From sequence record DRR723986_4177: 20,000 bases of DNA; one strand, 5' to 3'. The position numbers and the translations under genes were made by a program. A model generated the notes under the pieces. It worked only from the letters and a program-made list of their open reading frames with translations, searched no databases and was not told the DNA's origin. This document shows positions 1 through 6,884 of the stretch, one piece after another. Within the stretch, counting starts at the first letter, position 1. Each line of letters begins with the position of its first letter.

Positions 1-2
1 GC

Positions 3-446
3 AAATGGTATGATGGCCCTATCGCCCTCTCCGGCTCTATTGCAACCGGCGACGCCGTTCTGGCCGCACAGGCAATGGGCGCAGATTTTGGTTATATTGG
101 CTCCGCCTTTATCGCCACAAAAGAAGCCAACGCCGACGAGCGCTACAAACAGGCCATCGTTGACTATGATTCCGACGACATTGTTTACACCAACTTGTTC
201 ACCGGCGTACACGGCAACTATCTGAAGCCTTCCATCGCGGACGCAGGCATGGACCCGGACAATCTGCCCGAAAGCGATCCATCAAAAATGAGCTTTGGTT
301 CCGGTGGCAGTGAAAAGTCAAAAGCATGGAAAGATATATGGGGCTGCGGCCAGGGTATCGGCGCGGTCGATGCTATACGCACTACTGCAGACTATGTTGA
401 TCTGCTTGAAAAGCAATATAACGCTGCAAAGGCACGGGTCGCTTAA
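3..446 (+). CDS. Nitronate monooxygenase / 2-nitropropane dioxygenase family flavoprotein (3' part, truncated by the window edge)
   Basis: The frame of ORF 75..446 is open back to base 3 and reads KWYDGPIALSGSIATGDAVLAAQAMGADFGYIGSAFIATKEA...NYLKPSI...KAWKDIWGCGQG. This matches the FMN-binding TIM-barrel C-terminus of the NMO/FabK-like family. Stop TAA at 444-446. Confidence 0.88.
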   Translation, partial: KWYDGPIALSGSIATGDAVLAAQAMGADFGYIGSAFIATKEANADERYKQAIVDYDSDDIVYTNLFTGVHGNYLKPSIADAGMDPDNLPESDPSKMSFGSGGSEKSKAWKDIWGCGQGIGAVDAIRTTADYVDLLEKQYNAAKARVA

Positions 447-470
447 TAGAGTTTTTCAGCAATCATTATA

Positions 471-502
471 GAAAAAGCGTCATCTTTCGATGACGCTTTT
501 TC
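471..502. terminator. Intrinsic terminator, probably bidirectional
   Basis: Perfect 14-bp inverted repeat GAAAAAGCGTCATC-tttc-GATGACGCTTTTTC with an A-tract on the left and a T-tract on the right, starting 25 bp after the stop codon. Confidence 0.9.
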
Positions 503-540
503 AGTCAATGAGATAATTTTCAGTTTTTTATTGCGATAAC

Positions 541-572
541 TTAGCCATACGTCTAGCAAGACGTATGGCTAA
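541..572. repeat. Perfect 14-bp inverted repeat without U-tract (operator or RNA hairpin)
   Basis: TTAGCCATACGTCT (541-554), loop AGCA, AGACGTATGGCTAA (559-572). The structure is read directly from the sequence; its function is unknown. Confidence 0.8.
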
Positions 573-580
573 CACGCTAG

Positions 581-1990
581 ATGTGCCTTGTTATATTTTC
601 GAATATTCAGAGTAGACTTATGGTCACATATCTCAGAGATTTTTATAAGGATATAAATTACAGCACTATTGCGAATTGCAACCAGTATTACAAAGAAATG
701 CTAAATTCTGGAGTACTCCCCAGACCCAAATTTTACTCTATCGTTTCTCAAAAAGTCGGATCACAGGACGACCAAGAAACAGCAAAAAGGTTGCAAGAGC
801 ATACCGACAAAATCAAGCATGACTACGAATCAATATCGAGGTCAGCATTATTGATACGGATGCGAACAGTTTACCAAAAGTACCCTCAGGACGATAAGCT
901 CTGCCTTCTTTTTGCTAGAATACTGTTCAAGAAAGAATTATACAGCGACGCTCAATTCTACTTGGAGTTATGCTGTCAAGCAAACGCTGAAAACTCAGAT
1001 GGATGGGCATTACAGGGTCTCTTGGCATCTTTGGCTGGAGACCATGGAAGAGCTTTACGTTGTTCCGAGAACGCGCTTAAATTAGGTAATCACCTCTATC
1101 GTTCATTACCAAAAGCGTGGTTGTTTACAAAATTTTTGTTAGGGCGAACCGGAAAATTCAAAATTTTTGACTCAATACCACTGTCAGATAAAAAAATCAT
1201 AGATGTTCACACGGCACATCCCGTTTCATCCATTAAAATACACCGCCAACCAGACCGCGATATAAAAGAAAACGTTATCTTTTTCGCTTGTGACGCCAAA
1301 TATTTTTGGCGATACGCAAATACGTTATTGGCAAGTTTAACTAACGTAAAAACAAACTTTACATTCCACGTTCATATTCTTGGACCGTTAGGTGATATTC
1401 CTGAGTGGATTGACCTATTCGAACTTAATACTCACTCACAGGTTATACTGAGCAATCAAGATGTTCCTCAGGAGCTCAAAGAAAACTATAGTTATCTCGC
1501 GTCTTGCAGATTTATGACGGCTCCATATTTTATCAAAGAATTTAATCGCGGATACATCATCATTGACACTGATGCTCTTTTGAATAACCCGAAAAAATTA
1601 AATACTTTTATAAAAAGCTCAAAAAATACGACATTATCTATCGATACATCAGGCCCGATATGGGATTATTTATGTGCCGCATTTAGCTATTTCCCCGCCT
1701 CTGCTGAGGGACAAGAAGTTGCGGATTATTGCGCTCAATATCTCATAAAAATGTTTTCCAATAACCAATCAGGATTTTGGTACGTCGATCAATTCGCTTT
1801 ATTTGCGGCAAGCCTTGAATATGAAAGCAATATTAATTTACTTCCACTTCAAGCCTCCGCTGATCCATATTATGATAAAGATGCTTTCTTTTGGACCTTA
1901 TCTAACGATAAAGACGAAGACGAATATTTGACACGCTGCGCAGAAATAAAATCCAAGTTTCCTACTCTTTTTCATCTGCCTTCAACGTAA
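581..1990 (+). CDS. Hypothetical protein with N-terminal TPR-like repeats and a C-terminal putative GT-A fold nucleotide-sugar transferase domain
   Basis: 469-aa ORF; the start is uncertain (ATG at 581, 620 or 698). Residues ~105-172 have TPR-like patterns (LFARILFKKELYSDAQFYLELCCQANAEN / GWALQGLLASLAGDHGRALRCSENALKLG). The C-terminal half has GT8-like landmarks in the expected order: VIFFACDAKY, FHVHIL, YLASCRF, YIIIDTD (DxD at 329-331) and WYVDQFAL. The gene is AT-rich relative to its neighbours. Confidence 0.6.
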   Translation: MCLVIFSNIQSRLMVTYLRDFYKDINYSTIANCNQYYKEMLNSGVLPRPKFYSIVSQKVGSQDDQETAKRLQEHTDKIKHDYESISRSALLIRMRTVYQKYPQDDKLCLLFARILFKKELYSDAQFYLELCCQANAENSDGWALQGLLASLAGDHGRALRCSENALKLGNHLYRSLPKAWLFTKFLLGRTGKFKIFDSIPLSDKKIIDVHTAHPVSSIKIHRQPDRDIKENVIFFACDAKYFWRYANTLLASLTNVKTNFTFHVHILGPLGDIPEWIDLFELNTHSQVILSNQDVPQELKENYSYLASCRFMTAPYFIKEFNRGYIIIDTDALLNNPKKLNTFIKSSKNTTLSIDTSGPIWDYLCAAFSYFPASAEGQEVADYCAQYLIKMFSNNQSGFWYVDQFALFAASLEYESNINLLPLQASADPYYDKDAFFWTLSNDKDEDEYLTRCAEIKSKFPTLFHLPST

Positions 1991-2267
1991 AACTATTAAT
2001 CCAAAATTCACAGCCATCACCCCCAATAGTTTGGTCACACAGGGCTATGACAGCTTACCACAATGGTCTGGTCGGAGTATTGGCATACTGACAGCTCCGA
2101 ACACCAGCGCAATTAAACCACGGACTTTTGTTTTTCCCGCAAGTTACCCCAGAAAAGTGGCGATTGCCCCAAGCAGACAACTACTTGTCCCATGTCTTCG
2201 CCCAACAGTCATTATTCAAGCTAGTCTTTCCTGATTGATTTCCCGATATCAATCAAGGTGAACGCGA

Positions 2268-2957
2268 ATGAAAAATGCACTCTTAATTTTGACGCTTCTT
2301 TACATAACGGCGTTGCCTGTTATTGCAGAAAATGGTGGCCTCATAACCGCGTCAAAAATAACGCTCAAAGATGGCCGCGAAGAATTTGCGATCATCATAA
2401 GGCCGAAAGAAAATGAAGCAGGAAAAGCTTTTCCCATACTGTATGCTCCGGGCGACCAAGATTACCCTGACCCAATCTTTTTTTGGGGTGACACACCGAC
2501 AAGTCTCGGATGGATAATAGTTCAAACAGAAGCTTTTTATAAAGGCACACCCAAACAACTTTTGGTATTGATGGAAGCTGTCGAAGCCAAGCTGAAACAA
2601 GAAGGCTATCAAACCGCTGAACGGCATATCATTTCATGGAGTGCAAATAGCGGCGCAGGCGCACGGCACGCTGGCGCGCTTGGGACATCATTGCGATCCG
2701 CTTCGTTTATTCCCGGCTACGGCGCGGGTCAGTCCGTAGAACAGATATGCCGCCACAAAAATATGCGCATTAATTTTATCACTGGCTCAAGAGACAAAAG
2801 CTGGTTGCGGGGCGCAGAAAAAATGCGCGACCAACTGGAAACCTGCGGCATGGAATATGTGACATTTGTAACCATTGAAGGCGGCGGTCATGTTCTCAAA
2901 GAAATTGCTGGAGAACCGCTGTTTAAGGTGCTGAATAGCGCCCGAAAGCATGAATGA
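2268..2957 (+). CDS. Secreted alpha/beta-hydrolase-fold protein (putative esterase)
   Basis: RBS-like AAGGTG at 2255-2260 and an N-terminal signal peptide (MKNALLILTLLYITALPVIA). Candidate triad: Ser125 (HIISWSANSG), Asp176 (ITGSRD) and His208 (IEGGGH), in the order and spacing typical of small esterases. Confidence 0.6.
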   Translation: MKNALLILTLLYITALPVIAENGGLITASKITLKDGREEFAIIIRPKENEAGKAFPILYAPGDQDYPDPIFFWGDTPTSLGWIIVQTEAFYKGTPKQLLVLMEAVEAKLKQEGYQTAERHIISWSANSGAGARHAGALGTSLRSASFIPGYGAGQSVEQICRHKNMRINFITGSRDKSWLRGAEKMRDQLETCGMEYVTFVTIEGGGHVLKEIAGEPLFKVLNSARKHE

Positions 2958-3119
2958 TGGCCAGGCGCGCTTTTAAAAGCACTGAACGATAGAATAGCCT
3001 TTTTGGGCATGTCGAAAAGCGCACAGTTGATCATTTCAACCACCTCAATCAACCGGCAAAGCTAATCAAACACACCATTCTATGCAGTTAACTCTGGCCT
3101 TGGGGTTGAATTATTATTG

Positions 3120-3152
3120 AAAGTTATTAACTTTGTATTACAAAGTACTTTG
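3120..3152. promoter_or_regulatory. Putative operator made of overlapping palindromes upstream of the ABC transporter
   Basis: AAAGTTA-t-TAACTTT (3120-3134), ACTTTGTA-t-TACAAAGT (3130-3146) and CAAAGTACTTTG (3141-3152), ending 23 bp before the ATG at 3176. Confidence 0.6.
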
Positions 3153-3175
3153 ATAATATAGAGAGATAAGCCAAC

Positions 3176-4099
3176 ATGCATACCATTACGATAGAGAATC
3201 TGCATAAAACTTACGGTACTGTTCATGCTCTGAAAGGCGTCAGCTTCGATGTGGCTCGAGGCGAGTTTATTGCCTTAATCGGGGCTAACGGGGCCGGGAA
3301 AACAACACTGTTGTCCATACTGATGGGGTTAATGCCGCAGTCGGATGGAGCTGTGCACATTCTTGGTGGCAAACCGGGGGATATGGCTGTGCGGCAAGCC
3401 TGCGGCGCCATGCTTCAATCAACCAGCTTGCCCGATGCCCTCAAAGTCAAAGAATTGATAGAATTGTTCAGAAGTTATTACCCAACGCCCCGGCCTTTGA
3501 ATGACCTCATGACAATAACTGGCCTGAGCGAGCTTGGTAACCGTCGCTATAAAGCCTTGTCGGGCGGACAGCAGCGCCGGGTGCAATTTGCCCTCGCGTT
3601 AGCGGGCGACCCTAAACTGCTGTTTCTCGACGAACCAACCGTCGGCCTTGATATGGAAGTGCGGCGTGAATTTTGGTCTATTTTGGATAGCCTTAAAGCG
3701 CGCGGTGTTACTATTGTGCTTACATCACATTACCTGGACGAAATTGAAGCCCTTGCGGACCGGCTTGTCGTTATCCGCGAGGGCGAGATTGTCGCCAATG
3801 ATGTTACCGGCAACATTAAACGCCGCGTAGAGCACAAAAACATCACCTGCCAAACCAAACAGTCTGTATCTGACCTGAAAAACATCGACGGTGTTATCTC
3901 TGTTTCTCAAGTCGGCAGGCTAAAAACCATTGCCACCAATGCTGAAAATCAGGTTTTGGCGCACATGCTGTCAATCGACCCTGATCTCGCTGATCTGCTG
4001 GTGGAAAGCAGCAGCCTTGAAGACGCCATCCAATCAATGATCGGACCAGGCACGACCTCAGACACGATGGATAAAAACCCCAAGCAGGAGGCAATATAA
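3176..4099 (+). CDS. ABC-2 type exporter ATP-binding protein (drug-resistance / YvfR-like)
   Basis: Walker A GANGAGKT, Q-loop, signature LSGGQ, Walker B LLFLDEPT and H-loop TSH, plus a C-terminal extension ending SLEDA typical of this subfamily. Confidence 0.93.
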   Translation: MHTITIENLHKTYGTVHALKGVSFDVARGEFIALIGANGAGKTTLLSILMGLMPQSDGAVHILGGKPGDMAVRQACGAMLQSTSLPDALKVKELIELFRSYYPTPRPLNDLMTITGLSELGNRRYKALSGGQQRRVQFALALAGDPKLLFLDEPTVGLDMEVRREFWSILDSLKARGVTIVLTSHYLDEIEALADRLVVIREGEIVANDVTGNIKRRVEHKNITCQTKQSVSDLKNIDGVISVSQVGRLKTIATNAENQVLAHMLSIDPDLADLLVESSSLEDAIQSMIGPGTTSDTMDKNPKQEAI

Positions 4100-4872
4100 T
4101 GACAAGTACAACTCAAGAGCCCACTCAAACAGTTAGAAGATCAATGTATTGGCTTGAATGTAAATCCGAGGTTTTAAAGGCGATGCGCACACCGCAGTTT
4201 TCAGCGCCGACAGTCGCTTTCCCGGTCGTATTCTATCTTATTTTCGGTGTGATTTTAGCAGGCGAAGGCGGCGAGGGCCGAGCCGTATATCTGCTTGCCA
4301 CTTTCGGCATGTTTGGTGCGCTGGGGCCAGCCTTGTTTGGCTTCGGTGTCAACGTTGCCAATGAGCGCAACAATGGCTGGCTGGACTTAAAGAAAATTTC
4401 TCCCATGCCGATTGCTGCCTATATCCTTGCCAAGCTATTTATGGCGGCAGTGTTCGGCCTGCTTGTCATTTGCATGTTAACCTTAGTTGGCACGCTATTC
4501 GGCGGCCTGGAAATCTCCCTCTCTCGTTGGTTACTAATGATCACAACCCAGCTTCTATGCGCTGTTCCTTTTGCCCTCATGGGTATGGCCATTGGTTTTC
4601 GAGTGTCAACAGAGGCTGCACCCGCGATCGTGAATATTCTGTTTATGCTGATGTCAGTTTTTGGTGGCCTTTGGCTACCAGTAACCTTGTTTCCTGAAAT
4701 ACTCCAGCAGGCTGCTTGGATATTACCAACCTTCCACGGTGGTCAGTTGGCGCTGGCAAGTATTGGACTAAATACGGCCTCTTCGGCGCTTACCCATGCC
4801 GGGCTTCTGGCTGCATTCGCCGTCATTATGGCTTTGTTGGCTGCCCGCAATTATCGCACCATGACCAACTAG
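4099..4872 (+). CDS. ABC-2 type exporter permease (YvfS-like)
   Basis: About six hydrophobic segments, with ERNNGWL..KKISPM...Y..AK and GGLWLP..FPE.LQ..A..LPT motifs. The ATG overlaps the upstream stop (TAATG at 4097-4101) and has a GGAGG RBS. Confidence 0.9.
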   Translation: MTSTTQEPTQTVRRSMYWLECKSEVLKAMRTPQFSAPTVAFPVVFYLIFGVILAGEGGEGRAVYLLATFGMFGALGPALFGFGVNVANERNNGWLDLKKISPMPIAAYILAKLFMAAVFGLLVICMLTLVGTLFGGLEISLSRWLLMITTQLLCAVPFALMGMAIGFRVSTEAAPAIVNILFMLMSVFGGLWLPVTLFPEILQQAAWILPTFHGGQLALASIGLNTASSALTHAGLLAAFAVIMALLAARNYRTMTN

Positions 4873-4884
4873 GTGCGGTAAAAC

Positions 4885-5811
4885 CTATTCTGGCGTCACC
4901 AGTTTTTGCAGCTTTTCATTCACGGTAAGAGAAAAGACATCCGGGCGCGCATAATGACCGACAACATCCATGTCGTATTTGCCCCGGACGATCTCATCCT
5001 TGTCCAACTCCGCCGTTAGAATAACCTCTTCGCCGTATACTGGCGCTGCAAGCACTTTACCGAGCGGCGATACAATACAGCTGCCACCCCGAATGAGGAC
5101 AGTATCCGCCTCCTCGCCCTGAATGGGATTAAAGTCAGCGGGCCCGTGGCCACGGGTCATAAACTGACAGGCAGACAATACGAAACACCGCCCTTCCAGC
5201 GCCACAGTTTGCATGGTGGGTAACCACACATCGCGGTCATCGACCGTGGGCGCGCAGTAAAATTCAACACCCTTCTGATACATGGCAAGCCGGAGCTGCG
5301 GCATATAATTTTCCCAGCAAATAGCGCCGCCAAGCACGCCAATGTCGGTTTGGGGAGCTGCAAGGGTTGAACCATCACCGAACCCCCAAACAACCCGCTC
5401 AAGCGCCGTTGGCATCAGTTTGCGGTGTTTGTCCAGCAACCGCCCGTCCGGGCTGAAATACAGAACAGTGCAATAAAGCGTGCCACCATCACGTTCGATC
5501 ACTCCAACGACTAAGTAAACACTGTTCTTGGCAGCAATTTCACCGATCAGGTCGCACTCCGCCCCCGGCACATCAATCGCGCTTTCAAAATAACGCTGAA
5601 AATCAGCGCGGCCCTGATCTGTCCGCGAACCCAGCCGCACACCAAAATCAATACCTTTGGGATAGCCGCCAACAAAAGCTTCCGGGAAAACCACCAGCTG
5701 CGCTTTGTCCGCTTTCGCCTTAGCCGTCAGATCAGCTAATTTTTCGATTGTCTTGGGCGTGTCGTAGAGAACACTCCCAGCCTGCACCACCGCGCCCGTA
5801 ATAACTGTCAC
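4885..5811 (-). CDS. Nitrilase (carbon-nitrogen hydrolase family, branch 1)
   Basis: Glu-Lys-Cys triad in FPEAF, HRKLMPT.LER..WG.GDGS and ICWENYMP, with a C-terminal D.VGHYARPDVF motif. GTG start with upstream GGGAG. Confidence 0.93.
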   Translation of the reverse strand: MTVITGAVVQAGSVLYDTPKTIEKLADLTAKAKADKAQLVVFPEAFVGGYPKGIDFGVRLGSRTDQGRADFQRYFESAIDVPGAECDLIGEIAAKNSVYLVVGVIERDGGTLYCTVLYFSPDGRLLDKHRKLMPTALERVVWGFGDGSTLAAPQTDIGVLGGAICWENYMPQLRLAMYQKGVEFYCAPTVDDRDVWLPTMQTVALEGRCFVLSACQFMTRGHGPADFNPIQGEEADTVLIRGGSCIVSPLGKVLAAPVYGEEVILTAELDKDEIVRGKYDMDVVGHYARPDVFSLTVNEKLQKLVTPE

Positions 5812-5927
5812 AATATTCTCCCACCAAAGTCTTTATGAGCCTCTATAGTCTAGAACTGATTACGCACATAAAATTATCTGGCCTTATCACCAGAATTTTA
5901 TTAGCCGGATAATACAGGCAAATAAGG

Positions 5928-5955
5928 TTGACACCTGCCTGCAAATCCGTATATT
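5928..5955 (+). promoter_or_regulatory. Sigma70-type promoter for rplU-rpmA
   Basis: TTGACA (5928-5933), 16-bp spacer, TATATT (5950-5955), then a GC-rich discriminator CCGCGCG as often seen at ribosomal-protein promoters. Confidence 0.65.
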
Positions 5956-6100
5956 CCGCGCGATCGGCAGGAAAACGTAGATTTTCCAGCCTTTTATGCT
6001 GTTAAAGAACAGTCAGCGGAAACCGCCCAAAGTGTGGGGATTATCAAAGGGTTAGTCCCACCCGGTTTACTGCGGCGTTAAGAATTTGAAAGGAACTGCA

Positions 6101-6604
6101 ATGTTCGCAGTTGTTAAAACTGGCGGTAAACAGTACCGCGTTGCCGAGGGCGATGTTATTAAAGTTGAGAAACTTGATGGCGACGCTGGCAAAAATGTAA
6201 CCCTTGATGAAGTCCTGATGATCGGTGACGACAAGGGTGTTAAAGTTGGTGAGCCTTTGATTAAGGGTGCCAACGTTACTGCTGAAGTACTTGAGCAGAA
6301 AAAAGATAAAAAGATTACGGTTTTCAAGAAAAAGCGTCGTCACAACTATCGCCGTAAAAAAGGCCATCGCCAGGAAATTACGGTTTTACGCGTGAAGAAG
6401 ATTGCTGCAACCGCTGCTAAGAAGGCTGCACCAAAAGCTGAAGCTGAAAAAGCACCAGCAAAAGAAGCTGCGCCGAAGAAGGCCCCTGCTAAGAAGGCAG
6501 CACCAAAGGCTGCAGCAGCAAAGAAAGCCCCGGCCAAAAAGGCGCCAGCTAAGAAAGCTGCACCAAAGAAAGCCGCATCAAAAACCAAAGCAGCTGCTAA
6601 GTAA
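6101..6604 (+). CDS. rplU: 50S ribosomal protein L21 with a Lys/Ala/Pro-rich C-terminal extension
   Basis: [14 protein letters not shown]...[17 protein letters not shown]. Start placed at ATG 6101 after the AAAGGA RBS (6089-6094) rather than at the TTG at 6086. Confidence 0.97.
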   Translation: MFAVVKTGGKQYRVAEGDVIKVEKLDGDAGKNVTLDEVLMIGDDKGVKVGEPLIKGANVTAEVLEQKKDKKITVFKKKRRHNYRRKKGHRQEITVLRVKKIAATAAKKAAPKAEAEKAPAKEAAPKKAPAKKAAPKAAAAKKAPAKKAPAKKAAPKKAASKTKAAAK

Positions 6605-6632
6605 GCGCCGCGTCACTTAAGGAGAGTATCTC

Positions 6633-6884
6633 ATGGCTCATAAAAAAGCTGGTGGTAGTACAAATAATGGTCGCGACAGTATTGGTCGTCGATTAGGCGT
6701 GAAAAAGTTTGGCGGCGAGAATGTTATTGCTGGCAACATCATCGTTCGTCAGCGCGGTACAAAATGGTACCCGGGTGACAACGTTGGCATGGGCAAAGAC
6801 CACACTTTGTTTGCGCTTGTGGAAGGCCACGTTAAGTTTTCAAAAGGTAAAGGCGACCGCGCCTTCGTTTCAGTGATTAACTAA
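6633..6884 (+). CDS. rpmA: 50S ribosomal protein L27
   Basis: [22 protein letters not shown]...IIVRQRGTK...G.DHTLFAL; AAGGAG RBS. Confidence 0.98.
   Translation: MAHKKAGGSTNNGRDSIGRRLGVKKFGGENVIAGNIIVRQRGTKWYPGDNVGMGKDHTLFALVEGHVKFSKGKGDRAFVSVIN

Noticed and set aside
531..585. Palindrome as an integron attC site
   Set aside because: There is no properly placed RYYYAAC...GTTRRRY pair, the stem is perfect without extrahelical bases, and no integrase or second cassette is visible.
2031..2234. 67-aa ORF in the spacer after the orphan gene
   Set aside because: TTG start without an RBS, no recognisable motif, and it overlaps putative regulatory repeats.
3026..3040. GTTGA-N5-TCAAC as an FNR/FixK box
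   Set aside because: The spacing is one base short of TTGA-N6-TCAA, and a 5-bp dyad is expected by chance.
3..5811. Nitronate monooxygenase + hydrolase + ABC exporter + nitrilase as a single nitro/nitrile detoxification cluster
   Set aside because: The genes are separated by a terminator, long spacers, different base composition and opposite orientation. The NMO-like family is widespread and not reliably linked to nitro compounds. They look like independent insertions.
6410..6601. Periodic DNA in the rplU 3' end as a CRISPR or tandem DNA repeat
   Set aside because: The units are degenerate, in frame, have no unique spacers, and are fully explained by the KKAPA peptide repeat.
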